Assembly (NCBI GenBank): GCA_021821785.1
Contig: JAKACD010000004.1
Span: 1,102 to 65,101 of the forward strand
Direction: 5' to 3'
Length of the DNA stretch: 64,000 nt
DNA from: Thermoplasmata archaeon
GTDB taxonomy: Archaea > Thermoplasmatota > Thermoplasmata > Lutacidiplasmatales > UBA184
Shown: in pieces, positions 24,855 through 35,002 of the stretch
Layout of the letters: each line of letters begins with the position of its first letter
How positions within the stretch are numbered: the first letter of the stretch is position 1
The notes under the pieces: model-generated
The model's input: the letters and a program-made list of their open reading frames with translations, nothing else
Database searches by the model: none
Told to the model about the DNA's origin: nothing
Made by a program: the position numbers and the translations under genes

Positions 24855-26195
24855 TCACTCCGGCTCGGTCCGTTCGCCGCGCGCGAACTCGGGCCGCACG
24901 ACCCGGCCCGAGGGCCGCCCGACATACTCGCCGTCGACCACGATCCGTTCCCCGTCCCGATAGTGCTCGCGGGGGAAGATCGCCTCGAACCCCTCGAACG
25001 CCGTCCAGCCGCAGGGGGCGCGCAGGCGGCGGGGATCGAGCCGGGTCCGCGCTTTGAAGTCGACGACGAGGAGATTCGCCCGGTGGCCGGGGGCGATGCG
25101 GCCGAGCGGCTGCCCGAACCACCGGGCGGGCCGATCGCAGGCCGCGGCCATGAGGACGGCCAGGTCGAGCTCGCCGGCCCGCACCCGCGCGAGCAAGAGC
25201 GGCAGGAGCGTCTCGACCCCGGGCATACCGCTCGGGGCCTTCTCGAACGGGAGATCCTTCGCTTCGGTCGGGTGGGGAGCGTGGTCGCTCGCCACGATCG
25301 GGATCTCCCCGCGCCGGAACGCCTCCCACATCGCCCGGCGGTCCGCCTCCGAGCGCAACGGGGGGTTCACCTTGAACCGCGCATCCGCGCCGGTTCGCTG
25401 GGACAGGAGGAGGTGGTGCGGCGTGGCCTCGAACGAGAGGCCCGCGGTCCGAATCCTCGGGAGGACGCCGGCGGTGGTCACGTGCGCGACGTGGAGCCGC
25501 AGGCGCGGCGGTGCGTTCAGGAGCCGATCGATGGCCGCCCCCTCCGCCTCGGGCGGCCGATGGGCGTTCCAGCCCTCCGGGTCGCGCGGGACCCCGGCGC
25601 GGGAGAACCGGCTCGGGTCCTCCGCGTGGACCGAGACCGGCAGGTCGAGCGAAGCGAGCCGCTCGAGAAGTGCGGGAAGCTCGTCCGCCGGGACGCCCTC
25701 CCCGATCCCCGTCGTGGGGCTCTCGTAGACCTTGAACGCGCCGGCGGTCCGCGCCAGCCGCTCCAGCGCCGCCGGCCGCGTCGGCGCCGCGTACAGCAGG
25801 ACGTCCACCGCCGCCCGACCGTGGACCCGGGCTTCCTTCGCCCGGATCGCGTCCGGGTCCGAGACGGGCGGCTCGTTGTTCGGCATGTCGCCCACGAGCG
25901 TAACCCCCCCGAGCGCCGCTTCGATCGTGCCGGTGGCGATGCTCTCCGCCGCGGAGGGACCCCCCGGATCTCGCAGATGCACGTGGATGTCCGTCGCCGC
26001 GGGAAGGATCACCGCGTCCCCGACGTCGTGTCGGGCGCTCCCCGCGCGGGACTTGCCGACCGACTCGATACGGCCGGCCGTGTCGATCGCGATCTCGACC
26101 GGCTGGAGCCGACCGCGGACCCAGGCGCGGCCCGCTAGGACGAGCGCCGGCGGCTCCCGTGGGTCGCCGTCCGCCGAGGTCCGCCCGATCCCCAT
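24855..26195 (-). CDS. pyrC: dihydroorotase (cyclic amidohydrolase family)
   Basis: DIHVHLRDPG metal-binding HxH, VASDHAPH, and KAPSGMPGVETLLPLLL. Confidence 0.82.
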   Translation of the reverse strand: MGIGRTSADGDPREPPALVLAGRAWVRGRLQPVEIAIDTAGRIESVGKSRAGSARHDVGDAVILPAATDIHVHLRDPGGPSAAESIATGTIEAALGGVTLVGDMPNNEPPVSDPDAIRAKEARVHGRAAVDVLLYAAPTRPAALERLARTAGAFKVYESPTTGIGEGVPADELPALLERLASLDLPVSVHAEDPSRFSRAGVPRDPEGWNAHRPPEAEGAAIDRLLNAPPRLRLHVAHVTTAGVLPRIRTAGLSFEATPHHLLLSQRTGADARFKVNPPLRSEADRRAMWEAFRRGEIPIVASDHAPHPTEAKDLPFEKAPSGMPGVETLLPLLLARVRAGELDLAVLMAAACDRPARWFGQPLGRIAPGHRANLLVVDFKARTRLDPRRLRAPCGWTAFEGFEAIFPREHYRDGERIVVDGEYVGRPSGRVVRPEFARGERTEPE

Positions 26196-26278
26196 CCCAC
26201 GCCGGAACGGTGGAGGGCGTAAAGAAGCCGTCGGACGGGCCGCAGCCGTTTTCTGCCCGGCGCTCTCTCACCGCAACG

Positions 26279-27337
26279 GTGCCGACCCCGCCGTCCCCCG
26301 GATGGACGTACGCTCGGAGCGGCGTGGATGTCGGGGTCCGCTCGCGGGCGCTCGATGCGTTCCTCCACGCGGTGAAGTACCGGTCACCGCCCGACCACGG
26401 TCGGGTCGTCGCCGCGCCCGGCCACTATGCGGGGCTCGTCCGGATCGGTCGCGAGACGATCGCGATCACCACCGACACGGTCGGCACAAAGGTCCTGCTC
26501 GCCGAGCAGCTCGGTCGCTGGGAGGAGGTAGGCGAGGACATCGTCGGGGTGAACGTGAACGACCTCGCCGCGATGGGGGCGCGCCCCGCCGCGCTCGTCG
26601 ACACGATCCTCTGCGGCCAGCCGCCCGATCCCGAGGTCTTCCGCGCGCTCGGCCGGGGGGTCGATCGGGGGTTGCGGGCGGCGCGGTGCGCGCTTCTGGG
26701 CGGGGAGACGGCCGTCGTGCCGGATATCCTGCGCGGCCTGGACCTCGGCGGGACTGCGATCGGGTTCTTCCCTCGAGGACGGGCGCCGGTGACCGGCCGT
26801 CGCATCCGCCCGGGCGACCGGATCCTCGGCATCCCCGCGAACGGCGTGCATGCGAACGGCTTCACCCTGATCCGAAAGCTGATCGAATCCCGCGGGATCG
26901 ACCTCTCGCGTCCCCGTCCGGGCGCCTCCCAACCCGTGGGCGAGGAGCTCCTGCGCCCGACCCGTATCTACACGGAGGTCGCGGAGGCCCTTGCGGGGCG
27001 GCCGGAACTCCGGGGGCTCGCGCACATCTCGGGGGGAGGCGTGCGCAATCTCGTCCGCCTCCACCCGAAGGTCGAGTTCGTTCTCGATGCCTGGCCCTCG
27101 CCCCCGCCGCTCTTCGACTGGCTCCGGGACCTCGGGGGCCTTTCGGCCCGGGAGGCGTTCCAGACGTTCAATATGGGGATCGGGTTCGCGGCCGTCGTGG
27201 GCCGCTCGCACCTCGCGGAGGTGCGGCGTCGGCTCGCTCGGGCCGGCGCCCCGGACGTCGCGGAGATCGGCCACGTGGAGCGCGGCTCGGGCGTCTCGCT
27301 CCCGGCCTGGGACCTGCGGTACGAGGGCTACGAGTAG
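26279..27337 (+). CDS. purM: phosphoribosylformylglycinamidine cyclo-ligase (AIR synthetase)
   Basis: YARSGVDV..., TTDTVGTKV and VNDLAAMGARP motifs. The GTG at 26279 gives the usual ~10-aa N-terminus and avoids overlap with the pyrC start. Confidence 0.88.
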   Translation: MPTPPSPGWTYARSGVDVGVRSRALDAFLHAVKYRSPPDHGRVVAAPGHYAGLVRIGRETIAITTDTVGTKVLLAEQLGRWEEVGEDIVGVNVNDLAAMGARPAALVDTILCGQPPDPEVFRALGRGVDRGLRAARCALLGGETAVVPDILRGLDLGGTAIGFFPRGRAPVTGRRIRPGDRILGIPANGVHANGFTLIRKLIESRGIDLSRPRPGASQPVGEELLRPTRIYTEVAEALAGRPELRGLAHISGGGVRNLVRLHPKVEFVLDAWPSPPPLFDWLRDLGGLSAREAFQTFNMGIGFAAVVGRSHLAEVRRRLARAGAPDVAEIGHVERGSGVSLPAWDLRYEGYE

Positions 27338-27388
27338 TCGGGTCTCTCCTCGGCAAACGATTATCCAAAACGGCCGTTCACCCGCGGC

Positions 27389-28312
27389 GTGGCACGCGGG
27401 GGAGGACCTAGGGCCGAGGCGACGGTGCTGTCGGTCGCGGCCGCCTTCGCCTGGTCGACCTACTACATCTTCGTCCTCGCTCTCACGCCCGGAACGACCC
27501 CCTCCGCCGTCCTGACCTATCCGTTCGTTTTCGGGGGCCTCGCCTATGCCGGGTGGGTCGCGGTCACTGGGGATGGCGCCGCGTTCCTGCGCGTCTGGCG
27601 GGAGCCGGCCGCCTACCTTCGGACGGCCCTCCTGATCGGGATGCAGCTCTCGGTCCTCGCGGCGACCTACCTGACGGGACCGGTCGATGCCTCCCTCCTC
27701 TCCCTCATCGGGGACGTCGTGGCGACCCCGTTGATCGTCGCGTTCCTGCTCGGCGCCCATACCGAGCACGTCCGGACCCCGATCTTCGCCTTCGGCCTCG
27801 TTCTCAGCCTCGCCGGCGGAGCGATGACGATCGCCGGCGGCGGGGGGCTCGGCGCCGTCCACGACTGGGGCTGGGTCGTCGTGCCGGTGGTGCCGCTCAC
27901 CGTCGCCTTCTACTTCCTGCTCACGGCGCGCGCGAACGAACGCGCGCCCCCCTCCGCGGTCGTGGCCCAGTCGATGCTCGCCGCGGCGATCGGGACCGCG
28001 GCCCTCTCCTTCGCCATCCCGGGCGGGTACGCGGGGCTGGCGGTCGACCCGGGGCTCCCGCTCCTCCTCCTGGTCGCCACCGGGGTGTCGAGCTTCTTCC
28101 TTGCGCCGGCCATCTACTTCCTGGCGATCCGGCGAGCGGGGCTCATCATCCCTCCCATGCTGATGACCGGTATCCCGGTCTTCACGCTCCTTCTCGGCGC
28201 CCTCGTCCTCCACATCGGACTGCCGCTCCTCGGGGTCCTCGGCATCCCGATCGCCATCGTGGGAGCGCTGTTCACGCTGCGCGGCGAGTCGGAGCCCGAG
28301 GCGAAGAAGTGA
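27389..28312 (+). CDS. EamA/DMT-superfamily transporter
   Basis: Ten TM helices in a two-fold EamA repeat pattern. GTG start, with an AT island at 27359-27370 about 25 nt upstream. Confidence 0.82.
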   Translation: MARGGGPRAEATVLSVAAAFAWSTYYIFVLALTPGTTPSAVLTYPFVFGGLAYAGWVAVTGDGAAFLRVWREPAAYLRTALLIGMQLSVLAATYLTGPVDASLLSLIGDVVATPLIVAFLLGAHTEHVRTPIFAFGLVLSLAGGAMTIAGGGGLGAVHDWGWVVVPVVPLTVAFYFLLTARANERAPPSAVVAQSMLAAAIGTAALSFAIPGGYAGLAVDPGLPLLLLVATGVSSFFLAPAIYFLAIRRAGLIIPPMLMTGIPVFTLLLGALVLHIGLPLLGVLGIPIAIVGALFTLRGESEPEAKK

Positions 28313-28357
28313 CCTCCCGCTCTCGGGGCCTGCGGCGGCCGCCCCCGACGGGTCCGC

Positions 28358-30820
28358 CTACTGGTAATCGGTGAGGCTGCGGTTCGTCGTTTTGCGTTTC
28401 GTCGGCTTACCCAGGTCGGCGATCGACGTCTCGAGCGTCGCCGCCGGGCCCGTGTCGAGCTTCGGGGCCGGCGCGGCCGCCCCCAGCCGTCGCTGGCGGC
28501 TCCCGCCGAGGAGGGCGGAGGCATCCCAGTCGAACACCTCCGTGACCCGGGCGAGCGTCTGCGCCACCCGGTCGGCGTAGTACTCCCAGTCCGGCTGCTT
28601 CGTGAACGGCCGGCCCTCGACCCACGGCTCGACCTCCTGCGGGCTCTTCCGCGAATCCGTGACGATCCAGGCGACGCGCATCCCCGGGATGACGTCGTAT
28701 CCCTCGGCGCGGAGCTGGCGGAAGACCCGGAGGAACGGCAGGGCGTCCCGGGTCGCCTCGTTGTACTCGCTCTCGGCCCGAACCGTCCGCGCGATCACGA
28801 GCCGCTCGACCGGCACGGCCCTGTTCCGCACGGCCCCGACCAGCTCGCGGGCCCGTCGTACCGCCCCGTCGGTATCGCCGCGGAGCACGAGGTCGAAGAC
28901 CTCCATCAGCGCCTCCGACTGGTAATCGAAGGCGTCCGTGCGTCGGGTCTCGTAGCCCCGGACGACGAGCTCCTCGCGGGGCCAGACGGTCCGCCCGACG
29001 TAGCGCTTCTTGGCGCCGTGGGAGAAGAACGATTCGAAGACCGACTGGAACTCGAAGGTCGTGCCGGCGTGCGTGAACCGTTTCGCGATCGATTCCCCGA
29101 ACTCCCGGGCGCCCTCCAGGCTCTCCACTGGGGAGCGGACAAAGACGGAATCGGTGTCGGAGTACACGACCTCGTAGCCGTCCGTTTCGAGGGCTCGGAT
29201 GATCGAGGTGATCGCCTCTCGGGCGAACGCGGTGATCGCGGCGCCGATATCCTTGTTCGTGAACCGATAGAAGCTCGAGGCGAGCACGCCATAGAACGAG
29301 TTCATCAGCACCTTGACCGCGTTCTGGAGACCGTCATAGTACGCCGCGAGCTCAGGGCTGGTCGCCTCCCGGGCCGCCCGGCGGAACCGGTCGCGGTCCG
29401 TGAGGAGCTCCTGGAGGATCTCGGGGATGATCCCCCGTCGGACCGAGGGATCGACGAACCGGGCCCCCGAGGGCGCCACCGTGGTCCCGGTTTCGGGGGC
29501 GAGGGTCGTGAAGCAGAGGTTCTTCGAGATGATGATGGACGGGTACATCGACTTGAAATCGAGCACCACGACCCAGCGGTACATCCCGGGCCGGATCGCG
29601 TGGACGTAGCCGCCCTCGATCGGGTTGTCCCGGCCGCTGAAGTGGCTCATCGGGACGCCGACGCCGCGCAGGTCGGCGCGGGGGATCAGCATCGCATCGA
29701 TGTAGAGGGAGGTCCGTCCGTTGAGCCCCTCCTCGAGGGGAAGGTGCGCGACGGTGGCGAGGTCGGCCGCCCGCTCGATCGTACGCAGGCGCTGGAGGAT
29801 CCGCAACGCGAGGTCGGCGTCGTGTTCGCAGTACTCCATCACGCGTTCCGGATCGCGGGCCCACTCCTCCTCGATGTTGCGGCGATCGACCGCGAGCTTC
29901 GAGTCTCCGAGGAGCGTGCGGGCCACGAACTGGAGCGTTTCCTGCTTCGGCTTGAGGTCCCGCCGCGCCGACCACCAGGCGTCGGCGATCACCCGCCCCG
30001 ACACCTTCCAGAGCCGCTCCCCGAACTCCGAGGGGGAGGAGCGCTCGCGCCCGATGGGCAGGGAGCCGAGCCCCGTCACGCCGGCCCGCTCCATCAGGAG
30101 CGGGAAGTCGTACCCGCCGATGTTGTAGCCGGTGATGACGTCCGGGTCGTCGGCCAGCACGACCTCGACGAACCGCTCGAGGATCCGCCTCTCGCTCGGG
30201 TCGGTGATCCGGAACGTCGCGCGATCGCGGCCCCCGCCCTCGCTCACGCCGCAGATCGTGAAGATGGTCCGGGCGCGGATCGCGTTCTCGATGTCGAAGG
30301 AGAGGACCCGCAGGGACGGACGGAACGGCTCGGTCGGCCGGATGTCCTGCCCCGGCGCGCGGACGACCCGCACGACCGTCGGAACCGTGTAGCGCGCCCG
30401 CACCTCGGGCGTTTCGTCCTCGGCCTCGAAGGCGACGGTCAGGCCGAGGTGAAGATCGTAGAGGAATCGGTGGACGAACGGGATGTCGCAGGCGAGCACG
30501 CTCGTCTCGTCCCCCCGGCGGCGGTAGCGGTCCCGATACTGGGGGACGAGCCACGGACGGTGGAGCGTGACGCGGATCGCCGGGCGATCGTGGCCCCCGA
30601 CCCAAGTGGAGATGTCGTCGACGCCGATCACCTCCGGGTCCCGAGCGAGCTGCTCTCGCACCTCGGCGGTCGGTTCGGTGATCACGAAGTACGGGCGGAA
30701 CCCGTAGTACCGGGCCACGAGGGTCGTCCCGTCGCGGGTACGCCCAAAGAGCTCGACGACCACCTCGTCGTTCTGGGCCTGGTAGGAACCGTCCAGGACG
30801 AACAGCTCGATCGTCCGCAC
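28358..30820 (-). CDS. polB: family B DNA polymerase
   Basis: ExoI SFDIEN, ExoII NIGGYDFPLL, SMYPSIII, KVLMNSFYGVL (KxxxNSxYG) and YSDTDSVFV (YxDTDS). No intein-sized insertion was seen. Confidence 0.95.
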   Translation of the reverse strand: MRTIELFVLDGSYQAQNDEVVVELFGRTRDGTTLVARYYGFRPYFVITEPTAEVREQLARDPEVIGVDDISTWVGGHDRPAIRVTLHRPWLVPQYRDRYRRRGDETSVLACDIPFVHRFLYDLHLGLTVAFEAEDETPEVRARYTVPTVVRVVRAPGQDIRPTEPFRPSLRVLSFDIENAIRARTIFTICGVSEGGGRDRATFRITDPSERRILERFVEVVLADDPDVITGYNIGGYDFPLLMERAGVTGLGSLPIGRERSSPSEFGERLWKVSGRVIADAWWSARRDLKPKQETLQFVARTLLGDSKLAVDRRNIEEEWARDPERVMEYCEHDADLALRILQRLRTIERAADLATVAHLPLEEGLNGRTSLYIDAMLIPRADLRGVGVPMSHFSGRDNPIEGGYVHAIRPGMYRWVVVLDFKSMYPSIIISKNLCFTTLAPETGTTVAPSGARFVDPSVRRGIIPEILQELLTDRDRFRRAAREATSPELAAYYDGLQNAVKVLMNSFYGVLASSFYRFTNKDIGAAITAFAREAITSIIRALETDGYEVVYSDTDSVFVRSPVESLEGAREFGESIAKRFTHAGTTFEFQSVFESFFSHGAKKRYVGRTVWPREELVVRGYETRRTDAFDYQSEALMEVFDLVLRGDTDGAVRRARELVGAVRNRAVPVERLVIARTVRAESEYNEATRDALPFLRVFRQLRAEGYDVIPGMRVAWIVTDSRKSPQEVEPWVEGRPFTKQPDWEYYADRVAQTLARVTEVFDWDASALLGGSRQRRLGAAAPAPKLDTGPAATLETSIADLGKPTKRKTTNRSLTDYQ

Positions 30821-30844
30821 GTCCCGAGGAGCCGCCCCGCGCGA

Positions 30845-31480
30845 TTAAAGGTTCGTCCCCGGCCCGGTCCGCAACCACTCCCCGAGCGCCGCGAGGTCGC
30901 GGTCCCAGCGGTCGCTCCAACGCCGAGAACGCAGCGCTGCCGCCGGATGGATCAGGGGAAAGAGCGGGGGATCGGCGCCGGCCCGCAGCCGACCCGCCGC
31001 CGTGAGCACCGGCGGCGCGTCGGGGTCGATCGCACGCAGCGCGTGGGCCCCGAGCGTCACGAGAAGCGCGGGGCGCAAGAGCGAGAGCTGTCGGTCCAAG
31101 AACGGTCGGCAGGTCCGAGCCGCCTTCGGATCGAACCGGTTCGCGGGCGGTCGGCACTTGAGCACGTTCAGCACACCGTACGCTCCTGCTCCCAATCCCA
31201 GAGTCCGGATCGCGGCGTCGAGCCGCCGACCCGAGCGGCCGACGAACGGGATTCCCTGTCGGTCTTCCTCGGCACCGGGCGCTTCTCCAACGAAGACGAC
31301 CCTCGGGGCAAGGCTCCCGCGATAGACGACCGCGTGGGTCCGTTGCCGGCCGAGCGGGCACCGTCGACAGGCCCGGATCTCCTGCGAGAGCCGCTCCCAG
31401 TCGGCCCGCACCTTCGGGGAGGTGCGCCGTCCGCGGGGGGACCGGGTGGCCGGGGGAGAGGTAAGCAAGGTCGGTTCCAT
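30845..31480 (-). CDS. udg: uracil-DNA glycosylase, family 4
   Basis: CRRCPL Fe-S cysteines, motif [12 protein letters not shown] and motif [10 protein letters not shown]. The ATG at 31480 was chosen. Confidence 0.88.
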   Translation of the reverse strand: MEPTLLTSPPATRSPRGRRTSPKVRADWERLSQEIRACRRCPLGRQRTHAVVYRGSLAPRVVFVGEAPGAEEDRQGIPFVGRSGRRLDAAIRTLGLGAGAYGVLNVLKCRPPANRFDPKAARTCRPFLDRQLSLLRPALLVTLGAHALRAIDPDAPPVLTAAGRLRAGADPPLFPLIHPAAALRSRRWSDRWDRDLAALGEWLRTGPGTNL

Positions 31481-31531
31481 CGGGGTCACCGCGGGGTCCG
31501 AAGCGCGGCGGAAGCAAGACGCGGGACGGAC

Positions 31532-31540
31532 CTTAAATAG
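31532..31540 (+). promoter_or_regulatory. TATA-like element for the rps12-rps7-fusA operon
   Basis: CTTAAATAG lies about 36 nt upstream of the rps12 ATG in an otherwise GC-rich spacer. Confidence 0.45.
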
Positions 31541-31571
31541 GGCTACCCTGTGGCTCGGCCCCTTCGCGCCT

Positions 31572-32006
31572 ATGACTCCGCCGTCCGGACTCAACACTGC
31601 GGGCCGCTTGGCCCGCCTCCGCCAGCGGCGACGCTGGTCGGACCGCTACTACAAGCGGCGGGAACAGCACCTCAAGGAGCGCTCCGACCCGCTCGAGGGC
31701 GCGCCGCAGGCCCGGGGGATCGTGATCGAGAAGGTCGGGGTCGAAGCGAAGCAGCCGAACTCCGCGATCCGCAAGTGCATCAAGGTCCAGTTGATCAAGA
31801 ACGGTCGCCAGGTGACGGCGTTCGCGGTCGGCGACGGCGCGATCAACTTCATTGACGAGCACGACGAGGTGCTCGTCGAAGGGATCGGTGGCCGCATGGG
31901 CCGGTCGTACGGGGACATCCCCGGTGTCCGCTACAAGGTGATCCAGGTGAACAGCGTCTCGCTCGACGAGCTCGTGCGGGGACGGAAGGAGAAGCCGGCC
32001 CGATGA
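31572..32006 (+). CDS. rps12: 30S ribosomal protein S12 (uS12)
   Basis: [19 protein letters not shown]...[17 protein letters not shown] is typical archaeal uS12. Confidence 0.95.
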   Translation: MTPPSGLNTAGRLARLRQRRRWSDRYYKRREQHLKERSDPLEGAPQARGIVIEKVGVEAKQPNSAIRKCIKVQLIKNGRQVTAFAVGDGAINFIDEHDEVLVEGIGGRMGRSYGDIPGVRYKVIQVNSVSLDELVRGRKEKPAR

Positions 32007-32665
32007 GCGCGAACCCCGAGTCCCTGCGTCCGCCCGAACCCTCCACGGAGGAGACCGGGCCGATCGTCCAGCGCCCGCAGCCGCCCCCGCCGCCGCCGTT
32101 CTCGGTCCCTCCGCTCTTCGGGAAGTACCCGTTCGAGGGGGTCGAGGTCCACGACCCGGGTCTATTGCCCTATCTCTATCTCCACCCGGTCTACGCGCCG
32201 CACACGGAGGGCCGCCTCACGGGCCGGCCGTTCCTCAAGACGCGGATGCACCTCGTCGAGCGGCTCGCGAACCACCTCATGAAGGGCGGGAAGTTCACGG
32301 GCAAGAAGTCGAAGGCGCTCTCCACCATCCGCCGCGCGTTCGACGAGCTCGCCCAGAAGGAAGGGAAGAACCCGCTCCAGCTTCTCGTCGACGCCGTGGA
32401 GAACGCGGCGCCGCGCGAGGAGGTCACCCGGCTCCAGTTCGGCGGTATCTCGGTCCCGCGCGCGGTCGACGCGTCACCGGCCCGGCGCCTGAACGTCGCG
32501 ATCCGCAACCTCGCGCTCGGCGCGATCCAGGCCTCCCACAAGTCCACCAAGCCGATCCACTCTTGCCTCGCGGACGAGATTCGCCTCGCGGCCAAGGGCG
32601 ACCTGACCTCGTTCTCCGTTGGACGGAAGGAAGAGGTCGAGCGCGTGGCGCAGTCCGCCCGCTGA
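32003..32665 (+). CDS. rps7: 30S ribosomal protein S7 (uS7) with Pro-rich N-terminal extension
   Basis: [12 protein letters not shown]...GKKSKA...[11 protein letters not shown]...[13 protein letters not shown] are typical of uS7. An ATGA overlap links it to rps12. Confidence 0.93.
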   Translation: MSANPESLRPPEPSTEETGPIVQRPQPPPPPPFSVPPLFGKYPFEGVEVHDPGLLPYLYLHPVYAPHTEGRLTGRPFLKTRMHLVERLANHLMKGGKFTGKKSKALSTIRRAFDELAQKEGKNPLQLLVDAVENAAPREEVTRLQFGGISVPRAVDASPARRLNVAIRNLALGAIQASHKSTKPIHSCLADEIRLAAKGDLTSFSVGRKEEVERVAQSAR

Positions 32666-32684
32666 GGACCGAGTAGGGGAGCCC

Positions 32685-34886
32685 ATGACACACATCCGTA
32701 GCGAGCTGGCGAAGGCCATCCCGGAAATGATGCGGAGCATCGACAAGATCCGCAATATCGGCATCGTCGCCCACATCCACCACGGGAAGACGACGCTCTC
32801 GGACAACCTGCTGGCCGCGGCGGGAATGATCTCCACGGAGCTCGCGGGAAAGCAGCTCTACCTCAACTTCGACGAGCAGGAGCAGGCGCGTCTGCTCACG
32901 ATCAACAACGCGGACGTCACGATCGTCCACGAGTTCGAGAAGGAGAACTATCTGATCAACCTCATCGACACCCCGGGCCACGTCGACTTCGGCGGGGACG
33001 TCACGCGGGCCATGCGGGCGGTCGACGGGGCGATCGTCGTGGTCTGCGCGGTCGAGGGCGTCATGGCCCAGACGGAGACGGTGCTGCGGCAGGCGCTCCG
33101 CGAGAAGGTGAAGCCGGTCCTCTTCATCAACAAGGTCGACCGGGCGATCAAGGAGCTCCAGCTCACCCCCGAGTCGCTCCAGAAGCGCTTCACGATGATC
33201 ATCACGGAGGTCAACGAGCTCATCCGCCGGATGGCGCCCGAGGAGTTCGTCGACGAGTGGAGCGTCGACCCCCGGGATGGGTCGGTCGCGTTCGGCTCGG
33301 GGTACGAGAACTGGGCGATCAGCGTCCCCTACATGCAGCGGACGGGCGTCAAGTTCCCCGACATCATCGACTTCGTCTCGACCGGTCGCTCGCGCGAGAT
33401 CGCGCAGCGGGCCAAGATCAACGATGTCGTCTTCGACATGGTCGTTCGGCACCTGCCGAGCCCCCATGTGGCGCAACGCTACCGCATCCCGAATATCTGG
33501 CGGGGCGATGTCGGCTCCGAGGTCGGCCAGGCGATGGTCAACACCGACACGGGCGGGCCCACGACGTTCATGGTCACCGACATCACGATGGACCCGAGCG
33601 CCGGCGAGATCGCCACGGGACGCATCTTCTCCGGCCGCCTCCAAAAGGGGATGGAGCTCGCGGTCGTCGGCTCGAAGATCAAGAACCGGGTCCAGCACGT
33701 CTCGCTGTTCATGGGCCCCGAACGGCTCATGGTCGAGGAGGTCACGGCCGGCAACATCGCCGCGGTCATCGGCCTGACCGACGCCTTCGCCGGTACGACC
33801 ATGGCGGCGTCCGCCGACATGGCGCCGTTCGAGGAGATCCGCCATGTCTCGGAACCCGTCGTCACGGTCGCCATCGAGCCGAAGCGGATGGCCGACCTTC
33901 CGAAGCTCATCGAGGTCATGCGCAAGGTCGCGAAAGAGGACGCGAGCCTGAAGGTCGAGATCAACCAGGAGACGGGGGAGCACCTCCTCTCGGGCATGGG
34001 CGAGCTCCACCTCGAGATCACCCAGTACCGGATCGTCAACGACTACAAGGTCGAGATCACGGCCTCGAAGCCGATCGTCGTCTACCGCGAGTGCGTGAAG
34101 CATCCGGGCGGTCCGTTCGAGGGGAAGTCCCCGAACAAGCACAACCGGTTCTACTTCGAGGTCGAGCCGCTCCCCGACGCCGTCGTCCAGGCGATCAAGG
34201 ACGGCGAGATCCCGCAGGGGAAGTCGTTCAAGGACACGAAGACCCTGGTCGCGCGGCTCGAGCAGCTCGGCATCGACCGCGACGAGGGACGGGGGATCGT
34301 GGCGGTCGAGGGGACGAACATCCTCTTTGACGTGACGAAGGGGATCCAGTACCTCAACGAAACAATGGACCTCATCGTCGACGCCTTCAAGGAGGCCATG
34401 GGCCGCGGCCCGCTCGCCAACGAGAAGGTGTACGGGCTCAAGCTCCGCCTGGTCGATGCCAAGCTCCACGAGGACTCGATCCACCGCGGTCCCGCGCAGA
34501 CGATCCCGGCGGCCCGTTCGGGGATGTACGGGGCGATGGTGCTCGGCGACCGTCTCCTCCTCGAGCCGTTCCAGAAGGTCACCGTCAACGTCCCGCAAGA
34601 GGTGCTCGCCGGGGCGACCCGCGAGCTCCAGCGCCGACGGGGCGAGATCCTCGACATGACGAGCGTCGGCGACCTCCAGACCGTCGTCGCGAAGGTCCCG
34701 GTCGCCGAGATGTTCGGGTTCGCCTCGGATATCCGCAGCGCGACCGCGGGGAAGGTCCTCTGGGCCACCGAGTCGATGGGCTTCGAGCCGGTTCCGGGCG
34801 AGCTCCAGACGGGCGTCGTCGCCGAGATCCGCCAGCGCCGCGGGCTCAAGCCTGAGCCGTACGACGCGGCCTACTACTCCGGGTGA
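32685..34886 (+). CDS. fusA: translation elongation factor aEF-2
   Basis: G1 AHIHHGKTTLSD, DTPGHVDF, NKVDR, and the diphthamide-region HEDSIHRGPAQ. Confidence 0.97.
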   Translation: MTHIRSELAKAIPEMMRSIDKIRNIGIVAHIHHGKTTLSDNLLAAAGMISTELAGKQLYLNFDEQEQARLLTINNADVTIVHEFEKENYLINLIDTPGHVDFGGDVTRAMRAVDGAIVVVCAVEGVMAQTETVLRQALREKVKPVLFINKVDRAIKELQLTPESLQKRFTMIITEVNELIRRMAPEEFVDEWSVDPRDGSVAFGSGYENWAISVPYMQRTGVKFPDIIDFVSTGRSREIAQRAKINDVVFDMVVRHLPSPHVAQRYRIPNIWRGDVGSEVGQAMVNTDTGGPTTFMVTDITMDPSAGEIATGRIFSGRLQKGMELAVVGSKIKNRVQHVSLFMGPERLMVEEVTAGNIAAVIGLTDAFAGTTMAASADMAPFEEIRHVSEPVVTVAIEPKRMADLPKLIEVMRKVAKEDASLKVEINQETGEHLLSGMGELHLEITQYRIVNDYKVEITASKPIVVYRECVKHPGGPFEGKSPNKHNRFYFEVEPLPDAVVQAIKDGEIPQGKSFKDTKTLVARLEQLGIDRDEGRGIVAVEGTNILFDVTKGIQYLNETMDLIVDAFKEAMGRGPLANEKVYGLKLRLVDAKLHEDSIHRGPAQTIPAARSGMYGAMVLGDRLLLEPFQKVTVNVPQEVLAGATRELQRRRGEILDMTSVGDLQTVVAKVPVAEMFGFASDIRSATAGKVLWATESMGFEPVPGELQTGVVAEIRQRRGLKPEPYDAAYYSG

Positions 34887-35002
34887 GCCGCCGGCGCCTC
34901 CACGTCGGAGCGAGGGCCGGACGGTCCGAACCTACTACATTCCGTAGTAGATCGTGGCTCGGGCGCCGTCGATCGGGGTGGGGCCGGGCCCGCGCTCGGC
35001 CG

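Noticed and set aside
28358-30820. Inteins in polB.
   Set aside because: The protein is 820 aa with contiguous polymerase motifs, and no Cys/Ser...HN splice-junction insertion was seen.
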